This document shows positions 25,535 through 34,562 of a stretch of DNA of 64,000 nucleotides, in pieces. Made by a program: the position numbers and the translations under genes. Each line of letters starts with the position of its first letter. Positions within the stretch are counted from its first letter, which is position 1. The DNA is from Candidatus Omnitrophota bacterium (GTDB lineage: Bacteria; Omnitrophota; Gorgyraeia; Duberdicusellales; 4484-171), in assembly GCA_043820815.1 (NCBI GenBank), contig JBDRDJ010000028.1:22307-86306 (forward strand), in the 5' to 3' direction. Below the pieces are notes generated by a model. It had not been told where the DNA came from and searched no databases. It was given only the letters and a program-made list of their open reading frames with translations.

Positions 25535-26516
25535 GAATATCCCGGAGGCTTTGCGCGATAGCATCTTTAGAAACCGGCAGGCAATTTGTTATTTTTGCCG
25601 GAGTATAAATTTTAATTCAGCAGTTTTATTTACTTGTAACAGAGTCGAGATATACGGAGTCTGCGAAGATAGTTTCTCGGCCGACAAACAGGTTGATTTG
25701 TTAACCGCTGCTTACAGAAGGTTGTTTGCTAATGGCTATGTTGTAAGGAATAATTTATCTTTTGTTGAAGCTGCTTTGAATTTAGCTTGCGGCTTAAAAT
25801 CGCAGATTTTAGGTGAAGAGGAGATTATAAAACAATTAAAGGACTGGATAAGCCAAGATGGGTTTTCCGCGGCGGTTAAGAATTTCTGGCAAAGAGTTTT
25901 GCCTAGCGCTTGGCGTATAAGAGATTCTTCGGGGATTACAGAGAGTAAATACAATCTTGCTGCCTTAATTCAGGAGGATTTAAACAATAAAAATAATGTA
26001 AATGAGAAAAGGAAGATAGCGATAATAGGGACAGGTAAAGTCGCCCGGATGTTTTCCGATAATAAACTTAGTAAAGAAGAATTGTTTTTTGTAACCCGTA
26101 AGAATAAAAAGAGAGCAAGAAAACTTGCCGAAAAAGTAAAAGGTAAAACCGTGCTTCTCGATAATATAACCGGCCTGCTTTCCAAGATGGATGCGGTAGT
26201 AAGTGCCACATCGAGCCCGCACGTGATTTTACGAAAAAGGCATCTTGAGCCGGCATTAAAACAAAGAAGAAAAACTCTCTATATTTACGATTTAGCCGTG
26301 CCGCACGATGTATCATCTGAAATTGCGACACTGCCCGGTTTATCAGTTATAACTTTAAATGGCCTTTCAAAAACAATTGCCGAAGCGAACAGACTGTTAT
26401 CAATACCCGCGGAAAAGGCAAAGGTTTTAATCGGCGAAGAAAAGTTTTGGCTTCTTGGGGAGATTATAAAAGATGCGCATAAAAGTAGGAATCCGCCCCA
26501 GTTTGTTAGCCTTTAA
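25503..26516 (+). CDS. hemA: glutamyl-tRNA reductase (short form, C-terminal dimerisation domain apparently absent)
   Basis: Catalytic TCNRVEIYG motif and NADPH-binding IAIIGTGKVA. It is 337 aa, versus about 400-420 aa in characterised enzymes. Confidence 0.8.
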   Translation: MNFYLIGAEFKNIPEALRDSIFRNRQAICYFCRSINFNSAVLFTCNRVEIYGVCEDSFSADKQVDLLTAAYRRLFANGYVVRNNLSFVEAALNLACGLKSQILGEEEIIKQLKDWISQDGFSAAVKNFWQRVLPSAWRIRDSSGITESKYNLAALIQEDLNNKNNVNEKRKIAIIGTGKVARMFSDNKLSKEELFFVTRKNKKRARKLAEKVKGKTVLLDNITGLLSKMDAVVSATSSPHVILRKRHLEPALKQRRKTLYIYDLAVPHDVSSEIATLPGLSVITLNGLSKTIAEANRLLSIPAEKAKVLIGEEKFWLLGEIIKDAHKSRNPPQFVSL

Positions 26517-27117
26517 GCAGGCTGAGGAAATCGAGAGTAAATTAGAAGGGGTTTCTTTTGAGTTTGTCTTTATAGCTACAAAAGGAGACAAAGACAAACA
26601 GACCCCCTTAAGCATAATAGAAGATAGCGATTTCTTCACCCGTGAAATTGAGATGGCTTTGCTTTGCGGCCGGATAGATGCGGCTGTGCACAGTGCCAAA
26701 GATTTAGAAGAATACCCGCCTTCAGATTTAGTTACTGCTGCTTTAACTAAATCAGTAAGCCCTTATGACTGTCTTGTATCGCACCAAGGTTACAATTTGC
26801 AAGATATCCCTTCAGGCGCTGTCGTGGGCACAAGCAGTAAAAACAGAAAGGCATCAGTAATAAAAAACAGGCCTGATATCATAACCAAGGATATAAGGGG
26901 AAACATTGATGAGCGGCTTGTGAAATTAGACAGGGGCCAGTATGATGCAGTAGTTATGGCAGAAGCTGCGCTTTTAAGGTTGGGTTGTACCAGGCCCAGA
27001 TGGATTGTGCCTTTTTTTGTGATAAGTCCGCACCTTCTTCAGGGCAGGCTTGCTGTGCAAATCCACAAAAAGAGAAAAAAACTCTCTGATATTTTTAGGA
27101 GAATTCATGGAGCTTGA
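26473..27117 (+). CDS. hemC: hydroxymethylbilane synthase core (domains 1-2 only)
   Basis: Aligns by eye to E. coli HemC through the motifs RPS, AVHSAKD, VGTSSKNR, RGNIDER and QGRLAVQ. It stops after 214 aa, where domain 3 would begin. Confidence 0.75.
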   Translation: MRIKVGIRPSLLAFKQAEEIESKLEGVSFEFVFIATKGDKDKQTPLSIIEDSDFFTREIEMALLCGRIDAAVHSAKDLEEYPPSDLVTAALTKSVSPYDCLVSHQGYNLQDIPSGAVVGTSSKNRKASVIKNRPDIITKDIRGNIDERLVKLDRGQYDAVVMAEAALLRLGCTRPRWIVPFFVISPHLLQGRLAVQIHKKRKKLSDIFRRIHGA

Positions 27118-27853
27118 TAACGGTAAAGTTTATATTGTAGGCGCAGGCCCCGGGGATCCTGAGTTAATTACCGTTAAAGGATTAAAAGCCTTAAAAAAAG
27201 CAGATTGCGTTTTATATGATTTTTTATCCGCGCCCGAGCTATTAAATTATGCAAAAGATTCTTGTGAGAAAATTTGTGTGGGCAAAGCAGGCGGTTTTCA
27301 CTTAAAAGAGCAGGATGAGATAAACCTTTTGCTTTACGAAAAAGCTTTGGTTTACCGAAATGTGGTCAGGTTAAAAGGGGGAGACCCTTTTGTCTTTAGT
27401 AGAGGCTGCCAGGAGGCTCAATACCTTTATGAAAGAGGTATAAAGTGTGAGGTGATACCGGGAATAGCCTCTGCGATGGCGGCGCCTTTGAGTTTCGGTA
27501 TACCTTTAACTGTTAAAGACAGAATACAATCAGTATCGATAATCACCGGAAGGGAAAAAGACGTAAACGCTGAAATTTATGCCCCTAACAGGGGGACTTT
27601 GATATATCTTATGGCAGTAGCAAACATAAGTAACGTGGTAAAAGCTCTGAAAAAAAGTAAATGGGAAGGCACAACCTTATGCGCCTTTATTGAGAGGGCA
27701 ACGCGTCCTAATCAGCGTATTATTCAGGCTACCGTCGATACAATAGAAGAAGAAACGTTTAAGATGAAAGTCAAGCCTCCGGCTGTTCTGGTTGTGGGCG
27801 ATGTGCTAAAGGAAGTATGGAGAAACAATAGTGTCTACGCAGAGAAAATTTAA
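27107..27853 (+). CDS. cobA: uroporphyrinogen-III C-methyltransferase (SUMT)
   Basis: VYIVGAGPGDPELITVKG and VVRLKGGDPFVF motifs. ATG 27107 has AGGAG upstream. There is no fused HemD domain. Confidence 0.85.
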   Translation: MELDNGKVYIVGAGPGDPELITVKGLKALKKADCVLYDFLSAPELLNYAKDSCEKICVGKAGGFHLKEQDEINLLLYEKALVYRNVVRLKGGDPFVFSRGCQEAQYLYERGIKCEVIPGIASAMAAPLSFGIPLTVKDRIQSVSIITGREKDVNAEIYAPNRGTLIYLMAVANISNVVKALKKSKWEGTTLCAFIERATRPNQRIIQATVDTIEEETFKMKVKPPAVLVVGDVLKEVWRNNSVYAEKI

Positions 27854-28775
27854 AAAAAACAATAAAATTCCGCTTAAGCTGGATGATTTAATATACCCTC
27901 TTTTTGTAAGAGAAGGGATTAAGCTTAAAGAGGAGATCCCTTTAATGCCTAATGTTTTCAGATTATCAATAGATAAGATTGAGCAGGAGGTTGGGTTGCT
28001 GCAAAAAGACGGTATCAGAAAGATTCTTTTATTCGGGATTCCTCAATCAAAAGACGCCCGCGCAAGTCATGCTTACAAGAAAGACAACATTGTGAGCAAA
28101 GCAGTTAAAGTGATCAGGGCTAAATATCCCGATGTCATAATTTTTACTGATGTATGCCTTTGCGCTTACACCTTAGATGCTCATTGCGGCGTTATTAACG
28201 GTAAATCCGGAGGTATTGATATTGATAAAACGCTTAATAAGTTATCTCTAATGGCTCTTAGTCATGCAGAAGCCGGTGCACATTACGTTGCGCCTTCGGC
28301 TATGGCTGCCGGCCAGGTAGGCGCAATCAGAAACAGCTTAAATATTGAAGGCCACAGGCATGTTAAGATTATGGGTTACTCTGCCAAATTTGCTTCGTCT
28401 CTATACGGGCCTTTTCGGGCAGTTGCTGATTCAGCGCCGCGCTTCGGTGACCGGAAGGGATACCAGTTAAATTTCACCGGTAAAGGCCCTGCGCTTAGAA
28501 AATTAGAAGAAGACATAAATCAGGGTGCTGATATTATCATGGTTAAGCCGGCGCTATGGTATTTGGATGTTATAAATGAGGCTAAAAAACGGTTTAACCG
28601 GCCGCTGGCAATATATAGTGTGAGCGGTGAGTATGCGATGATAAAAAACGGCATAAAGTGCGGGATATGGGATGAAAAAGAAATAGTTTTTGAAACAATG
28701 GCGGCTTTTAAACGTTCGGGGGCCGACTATATTATTACGTATCATGCTAAAGAAGTAGCTAGGTGGTTTGCGTGA
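27831..28775 (+). CDS. hemB: porphobilinogen synthase (delta-aminolevulinate dehydratase)
   Basis: DVCLCAYTLDAHCG (Cys-rich metal site) and the active-site Lys context (IIMVKPA). 314 aa. Confidence 0.9.
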   Translation: MSTQRKFKKNNKIPLKLDDLIYPLFVREGIKLKEEIPLMPNVFRLSIDKIEQEVGLLQKDGIRKILLFGIPQSKDARASHAYKKDNIVSKAVKVIRAKYPDVIIFTDVCLCAYTLDAHCGVINGKSGGIDIDKTLNKLSLMALSHAEAGAHYVAPSAMAAGQVGAIRNSLNIEGHRHVKIMGYSAKFASSLYGPFRAVADSAPRFGDRKGYQLNFTGKGPALRKLEEDINQGADIIMVKPALWYLDVINEAKKRFNRPLAIYSVSGEYAMIKNGIKCGIWDEKEIVFETMAAFKRSGADYIITYHAKEVARWFA

Positions 28776-30037
28776 AAGTAAAGAGTACTTTTAAGATTTC
28801 TAAAAGTAAGCAACTGTTTAAAAAGGCCAACGAAGTGCTTGTGGGAGGGGTTAACAGTCCGGTTAGGTCTTTTCGATATACCGGATGCTGCCCATTATTA
28901 ATTAAGAATGCAAGCGATTCCAAAGTATATGATTATGATAACAGAGAGTATATTGACTATGTGCTTTCTTACGGCGCCCTTATTTTAGGGCACGCTCATC
29001 CTGAGGTTGTAGAAGATGTTACAGAAACATTAAAAAGCGGTTTTTCTTTCGGGGCAACCACGCATTTAGAAGTAAGCCTTGCGCAGGAAATAATAAGAGC
29101 GATTCCTCTGATAGAGAAGCTCAGGTTTGTTAATTCCGGCACTGAAGCAACGATGAGCGCGGTCAGGTTAGCCAGAGGCTATACTAAAAGAGACAAAATA
29201 GTTAAATTTACCAACTCTTACCACGGCCACGCAGATAGTTTTTTAGCCAAAAGCGGCTCAGGGCTTGCTACGTTAAATATTCCTTTAAGTAGAGGGGTGC
29301 CTTTTGATTTTACAAAGCATACTATATCTCTTGATTATGGCAACAATGCCCAGATTGAAAAAACATTCCGGCTGCACGGTTCAGAGATAGCAGCGGTAAT
29401 CGTTGAGCCGGTAGGCGGAAACCACGGGGTTATTCCTCTTGATATAAATTTTCTTAAACATTTAAGAATTATAACCAGTGAGTACAACACATTGCTGATT
29501 TTTGATGAAGTAATTACTGCTTTTAGATTTTCCTATGGCGCGGTTTCCAATGAATCAGAGGTTGTCCCTGATTTGATATGCCTCGGTAAGATAATCGGTG
29601 GCGGTTTGCCTGTCGGCGCTTACGGCGGCAGAGAAGAGATAATGAATAACCTTGCTCCTGAGGGAGAAGTGTATCAGGCATCCACCTTTGCGGGAAACCC
29701 CGTGGTTATGCAGGCAGGTATTTCAACTTTACGGGTTTTATTTTCCCGGAGAGAAAAGTACTCTTGTTTATTTAAAATGGCAGAAGGCATTGCCGGGTTT
29801 ATTAAGAAGCAGGCTGAAATGCGGGGCCTCAGCGTTAATGTTCTTTCTTACGGGCCGATGTTTAGCATAAAGTTTTCTGATAAGGGATTGTTTAGGAAAT
29901 TCTACAAAGGTTTACTCGTTGGCGGCATATTCTTTGCACCGTCCGAATACGAAACCAATTTTGTTTCTTTTGCTCACACCAGCCGCGACATAGATAAGAC
30001 AAAGAAAGTAATTAGAGAGGCATTAGAAAGAATATAG
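28763..30037 (+). CDS. hemL: glutamate-1-semialdehyde 2,1-aminomutase
   Basis: GGVNSPVRSF, NSGTEATMSAVRLARG, and the PLP-lysine context LGKIIGGGLP. Confidence 0.9.
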   Translation: MVCVKVKSTFKISKSKQLFKKANEVLVGGVNSPVRSFRYTGCCPLLIKNASDSKVYDYDNREYIDYVLSYGALILGHAHPEVVEDVTETLKSGFSFGATTHLEVSLAQEIIRAIPLIEKLRFVNSGTEATMSAVRLARGYTKRDKIVKFTNSYHGHADSFLAKSGSGLATLNIPLSRGVPFDFTKHTISLDYGNNAQIEKTFRLHGSEIAAVIVEPVGGNHGVIPLDINFLKHLRIITSEYNTLLIFDEVITAFRFSYGAVSNESEVVPDLICLGKIIGGGLPVGAYGGREEIMNNLAPEGEVYQASTFAGNPVVMQAGISTLRVLFSRREKYSCLFKMAEGIAGFIKKQAEMRGLSVNVLSYGPMFSIKFSDKGLFRKFYKGLLVGGIFFAPSEYETNFVSFAHTSRDIDKTKKVIREALERI

Positions 30038-30053
30038 GGTAAGAAGTAAAAAA

Positions 30054-30776
30054 ATGAGCTCAAAAGGCCGCATAGATTACGATGCACTTAAAAAAAGAGG
30101 ATTTCTAAGAGCCAGGCAAGACGGTTTTTTCACTCTTAGGACGAGGATGCCGGCGGGAAATTATGATGCAGGGCATTTAGAGAAACTTTCCGAAATTGCG
30201 AAAGAATTCGGAAAAGGGAAGGTTCATTTAACAGTCAGACAGGGGGTAGAAATTCCTTTCATTAGGCATAAGGACATAGATGCTGTTGAGTTTAAGATAA
30301 AAACCGCAGGTATACAAACAGGCACTTCCGGGCCGCGGCTTCGGGCAACAACGGTATGCCCGGGTAATAACTGGTGTAAGCGCGAACTGGTTGATACGTT
30401 TAGATTATTCGAACGCATTGAAAACGAACGCGGTATAAAATGCGCAACTGACCTCCCTCATAAATTTAAAATTGTTATATCCGGCTGCCCTAATGCATGT
30501 ACGCGCGCCCAAGGTTCAGAAATCGGCATTCACGGCGATGTTGATATTAATCACCCTGATAAGAAAACAGGATATGCAGTATATTTAGGAGGCTGCGGCG
30601 GAAGAACGCCTCGTATGGGATTTAGGCTAAGCAGAATATACACCGAAGATGAGGCTCTGGATATTATAGAAAAAGTAGTAAGTTATTATCGAGAGAATGC
30701 CAAGCCAAGACAAAGATTGGCTTTACTTATAGAGGAAAAAGGAAAAGAAGAATTTATTAAGGCTTCAGGTATTTGA
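30054..30776 (+). CDS. small (240 aa) siroheme/[4Fe-4S] sulfite reductase-like protein
   Basis: CPGNNWC (CX5C) and CPNAC (CX3C) form the siroheme-coupled cluster motif of nitrite/sulfite reductases. Its size matches low-molecular-weight assimilatory-type sulfite reductases. Confidence 0.75.
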   Translation: MSSKGRIDYDALKKRGFLRARQDGFFTLRTRMPAGNYDAGHLEKLSEIAKEFGKGKVHLTVRQGVEIPFIRHKDIDAVEFKIKTAGIQTGTSGPRLRATTVCPGNNWCKRELVDTFRLFERIENERGIKCATDLPHKFKIVISGCPNACTRAQGSEIGIHGDVDINHPDKKTGYAVYLGGCGGRTPRMGFRLSRIYTEDEALDIIEKVVSYYRENAKPRQRLALLIEEKGKEEFIKASGI

Positions 30777-30874
30777 CCCGCAGAGCTAACCGCTAAGATC
30801 CTTATTCATCAGGATTTTCCTGTCAAGCAAAGCGTCACTTTCGAAACAAGAGAACTAATTAATGATAGCTATTC

Positions 30875-30892
30875 TAGTGAAATAATTCACTA
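30875..30892. promoter_or_regulatory. Rex operator candidate 1
   Basis: TAGTGAAATAATTCACTA is a perfect 7-bp palindrome with 4-nt spacing. It matches 12 of 14 defined positions of TTGTGAA-N4-TTCACAA. Confidence 0.55.
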
Positions 30893-30972
30893 ATATTTAA
30901 GTGGATACAGCCATCGAAGTTCCTATGAGGCAGTATGTTATAGAATCGGCTCAATTTATTGCTAAATTATGC

Positions 30973-31002
30973 TTGACAATAAAGAGTTCGATATGGTATA
31001 AA
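30973..31002 (+). promoter_or_regulatory. sigma-70-type promoter candidate for rex
   Basis: TTGACA (30973-30978), 18-nt spacer ending in TGG, then TATAAA (30997-31002). Confidence 0.5.
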
Positions 31003-31012
31003 CTATATGTTA

Positions 31013-31030
31013 TGGTGAAAAAAATCACAC
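31013..31030. promoter_or_regulatory. Rex operator candidate 2
   Basis: TGGTGAAAAAAATCACAC has a GTGA-N6-TCAC core with Rex spacing and matches 11 of 14 positions. It lies just downstream of the -10 element. Confidence 0.45.
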
Positions 31031-31049
31031 AATGTAAACATCCAAAACT

Positions 31050-31661
31050 ATGAAATTGTCAAATAACAGCCTTGAAAGAATATGTAAAATATTTGGCTAT
31101 CTGGATGCTTTAGAGAAAAAGGGAATTCATCTTATCTCTTCATGCGGTTTAGCCCAGGCGGCTGGAACAACAGATTATACGGTAAGAAAAGACATAAGCC
31201 TTTTAGGGGTATCGGGTTTTACCCGCAGGGGATACGAAGTTAATCTTTTAAAGCATGAGTTAGGGTATAAATTAAATTTGAATAAAAACAGGAAAGCCTG
31301 TATCGTGGGGCTGGGACGTTTAGGAACAGCATTGCTCGACTATGAGAAATTTCAGGAAGACGGCTTTGAAATAGTTGCCGGTTTTGATAAAAGTGTTAAT
31401 AAAATTGAAAGAATTCGCACAAATATCGATGTTTTTGAAGTCAGCCAATTAGAGCATGTTGTTTCACAGCGAAACATAGAATTGGGTATAATTGCCGTTC
31501 CTGCCGAGTCTGCTCAGGAAATTGCGGATAAGTTAGTTAATGCAGGAGTTAAAGGTATTTTGAATTTTTCTCCAGTGAAAGTTAACGTGACAAGTAAGAT
31601 AATTCATCTTGATTTGGATTTTACAAGCGCTTTGCGGTTCATCGCCGCTAGGATTGAGTAG
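31050..31661 (+). CDS. rex: redox-sensing transcriptional repressor Rex
   Basis: N-terminal wHTH (ISSCGLAQAAGTTDYTVRKDISLLG) and a Rossmann domain (ACIVGLGRLGTAL). About 200 aa, as expected. Confidence 0.85.
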   Translation: MKLSNNSLERICKIFGYLDALEKKGIHLISSCGLAQAAGTTDYTVRKDISLLGVSGFTRRGYEVNLLKHELGYKLNLNKNRKACIVGLGRLGTALLDYEKFQEDGFEIVAGFDKSVNKIERIRTNIDVFEVSQLEHVVSQRNIELGIIAVPAESAQEIADKLVNAGVKGILNFSPVKVNVTSKIIHLDLDFTSALRFIAARIE

Positions 31662-31743
31662 GTTGTAGGGTGCAGTCGTATGACCGAAGGGAACCCTGAG
31701 TATTCCCGAAGGGGCTGCACCGTTAAAATTCAAGGAGGGAAAC

Positions 31744-32841
31744 ATGGCAAGAATTTACAATTTCAGTGCCGGGCCTGCGGTTTTGCCCGAGGAAGTTTTA
31801 AGAAAAGCAGCGAGTGAAATGTTGAATTATAAAGGATGCGGCATGTCGGTCATGGAGCTTTCACACAGAGGAAAGGAGTTTAAAGGAATAATTGAAACTG
31901 CTGAGGCTAATCTAAGAGAGATTATGGCAATTCCTGATAACTATAAGGTTTTGTTTTTGCAGGGCGGGGCAAGTTTACAATTTTCCATGGTGCCTTTAAA
32001 TTTGATGGTTAAAAACAAAAAAGCCGATTATGTTCATACGGGCGAATGGACGAAAAAAGCAATATCTGAGGCAAAAAAGTACGGAGAGGTAAATATCGTT
32101 GCAAGCTCCGAGAAAGATAATTTTACTTATATTCCAAAGCTTGACCCTAAAACGTTTTCCAAAGACGCTGATTATTTCTATATCGCAAGCAATAATACTA
32201 TTTACGGGACCTCTTATAAAGTTATACCGGACACAGGCGATATCCCGCTTGTGGCTGATATGTCATCTAATATTTTATCTGAGCCCGTTTATGTATCAAA
32301 GTTTGGCATTATTTTCGCAGGCGCCCAAAAAAATATCGGCCCGGCAGGATTAACTATCGTAATTATCCGCCAGGATTTAATCGGTAAAGCTAATGAATCG
32401 GTTCCCGCGCTTCTTAATTACAAGACTCAAGCTGATGCCGGCTCGCTTTATAATACGCCGCCGTGCTATTCTGTTTATATGGCAGGTTTGGTTTTTGAGT
32501 GGATTAAAGAGAAAGGAGGGCTTTTGGCTATTAAAGAGGCTAATATTAAAAAGGCCCGATTATTATATGATTATCTGGATAAATCAGAGCTTTTTAAAAG
32601 CCCGGTTGAAAAAGAAAGCCGTTCTATAATGAATATTCCTTTTGTGACAGGTAACGGTGACCTTGATGCTAAATTTATCGAACAAGCTTCCTCCAAAGGG
32701 CTTAAAACTTTGAAGGGGCACCGGAGTGTCGGAGGCATGCGGGCAAGTATTTATAATGCTATGCCAATGGATGGTGTTAAGGTTTTGGTTGAGTTTATGG
32801 AGGAGTTTGAGAAAAAGAACGCTTGCGTCGGGAAGAATTAA
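31744..32841 (+). CDS. serC: phosphoserine aminotransferase
   Basis: MARIYNFSAGPAVLPEEVL N-terminus and the PLP-lysine context FAGAQKNIGPAGLT. Confidence 0.9.
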   Translation: MARIYNFSAGPAVLPEEVLRKAASEMLNYKGCGMSVMELSHRGKEFKGIIETAEANLREIMAIPDNYKVLFLQGGASLQFSMVPLNLMVKNKKADYVHTGEWTKKAISEAKKYGEVNIVASSEKDNFTYIPKLDPKTFSKDADYFYIASNNTIYGTSYKVIPDTGDIPLVADMSSNILSEPVYVSKFGIIFAGAQKNIGPAGLTIVIIRQDLIGKANESVPALLNYKTQADAGSLYNTPPCYSVYMAGLVFEWIKEKGGLLAIKEANIKKARLLYDYLDKSELFKSPVEKESRSIMNIPFVTGNGDLDAKFIEQASSKGLKTLKGHRSVGGMRASIYNAMPMDGVKVLVEFMEEFEKKNACVGKN

Positions 32842-32853
32842 AAGGAGGAAGAG

Positions 32854-34032
32854 ATGTACAAAGTAATGAAGCTTGATAAGATTTCTTCAGAAGGGCTGGC
32901 GATGTTTCCTTTGGACCAGTACGAAATAGGCACTGAGATTTCGCAGCCCGATGTGATAATCTTAAGGAGCTTTAAAATGCATGATATGGAGTTGCCCGGT
33001 TCTTTGCTCGCTGTTGGCCGCGCCGGAGCAGGGGTAAACAATATTCCCGTAGATAAGTGTTCAGAAAAAGGAATAGTTGTTTTTAACACTCCCGGTGCTA
33101 ATGCAAATGCCGTAAAAGAGCTTACTATCGCGGGGTTGTTACTTTCGTCCCGTGATATTTCCGGAGGAATTAACTACTCGGAGTCGGTTAAAGGGAAAGG
33201 CGCTGATGTTCCCGGCCTGGTTGAGAAAAACAAAAATAATTTTGCGGGTGTTGAAATTATGGGAAAAACTCTCGGTGTTATCGGGCTTGGAAAAATCGGA
33301 GTGATGGTTGCAAACAGCGCCTTGGATTTGGGCATGAAGGTAATTGGTTATGACCCTTTTATATCGGTTGAGTCAGCATGGGGGCTTTCGCGTGAAGTTG
33401 AGCGTGCCGCAGGATTGGATATGCTAGTTTGTGGGTCTGATTACATAACGATACACACGCCTTTAACTGATACTACCAAAGGCATGATTAACGCCGAGAA
33501 GTTTAAAAGAATGAAAAAAGGCGTGCGAATTTTAAACTTTTCCCGCGGCGGCATAGTAAATAACGATGATTTAGCAGCTGCCGTTAAAGAAAAAATAGTG
33601 GCAAAGTATGTTACGGATTTTCCTGACGATGAACTTCTGAATATGGAAAATGTAATCGCCATACCCCATTTAGGCGCATCCACCGAGGAGGCAGAGAAGA
33701 ATTGTGTGGTTATGGTTGTTAAACAAATACGTGATTTTATTGAGAACGGGAGCATTAAAAATTCCGTTAATTTCCCTGATTGTAAGCTTGAGCATAATTC
33801 CGGCTTCCGCCTGGTGGTTATGAATAAAAATATTCCCAATATGGTAGGCCAGGTTTCTGCGATTCTTGCCGGTGCCGATATTAACATTGCTGAGATGTTA
33901 AATAAAAGCAAAGGAGACTATGCCTGCACGATCATAGACATATCAGATGAGCCATCTAAAGATATGGTTGCCGCCATAGGTGCCATAAAAGGAGTTGTCA
34001 AGGTAAGGCTTTTAAACCTGAAAAATAGATAA
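32854..34032 (+). CDS. serA: D-3-phosphoglycerate dehydrogenase with C-terminal ACT-like domain
   Basis: GVIGLGKIGVMVA NAD motif, and the 2-hydroxyacid dehydrogenase catalytic region (NFSRGGIV ... PHLGAST). Adjacent to serC. Confidence 0.85.
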   Translation: MYKVMKLDKISSEGLAMFPLDQYEIGTEISQPDVIILRSFKMHDMELPGSLLAVGRAGAGVNNIPVDKCSEKGIVVFNTPGANANAVKELTIAGLLLSSRDISGGINYSESVKGKGADVPGLVEKNKNNFAGVEIMGKTLGVIGLGKIGVMVANSALDLGMKVIGYDPFISVESAWGLSREVERAAGLDMLVCGSDYITIHTPLTDTTKGMINAEKFKRMKKGVRILNFSRGGIVNNDDLAAAVKEKIVAKYVTDFPDDELLNMENVIAIPHLGASTEEAEKNCVVMVVKQIRDFIENGSIKNSVNFPDCKLEHNSGFRLVVMNKNIPNMVGQVSAILAGADINIAEMLNKSKGDYACTIIDISDEPSKDMVAAIGAIKGVVKVRLLNLKNR

Positions 34033-34069
34033 ATAGCAGAAATGAATTTACCGGAGGTAATTTTTATCT

Positions 34070-34399
34070 ATGGAAATAAAAGAAATTGCTGATAAGTTTC
34101 TAAATCTAAACATTTACGATAAAAGGTGCATTGAGAAAGATTATCTCGAGCTGGTTTTTTTAAGCAGTGAAAAGGAAAAGTGGGATCAGATTTTCCTTAA
34201 TATTTTTGGCGCACCGTTAAAACCACAAGGCACAAAGCCTACCAAAGAGGATTTACGCCTCACGGATGATTATGGAGGAATACTTACCAACCAGACATTG
34301 TTTAAGAAAGAAGACATTGACAGAATTGTAATTGCAATGCTCTGGCCATGGCAAGATGGAAAATATATTACTCTAAAAATTTCAACTGTAAAAAAATAA
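34070..34399 (+). CDS. hypothetical protein
   Basis: 109-aa ORF in an otherwise empty gap. No recognisable motif. Confidence 0.45.
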   Translation: MEIKEIADKFLNLNIYDKRCIEKDYLELVFLSSEKEKWDQIFLNIFGAPLKPQGTKPTKEDLRLTDDYGGILTNQTLFKKEDIDRIVIAMLWPWQDGKYITLKISTVKK

Positions 34400-34562
34400 A
34401 GGCCGGTGTAATAAATTGCCCGGCTTAAGAAAACGGTTATTTTTTTGTATCCAGAGTTTTAACTTGCTGTTATAATGTTTTAGTCTAGAATAATCTGTGC
34501 CGGCAGGCTCGGCAAACCCAGGCCAATTCTACAAACAGCCGTAAGACGAGGTATTTTTTAAT

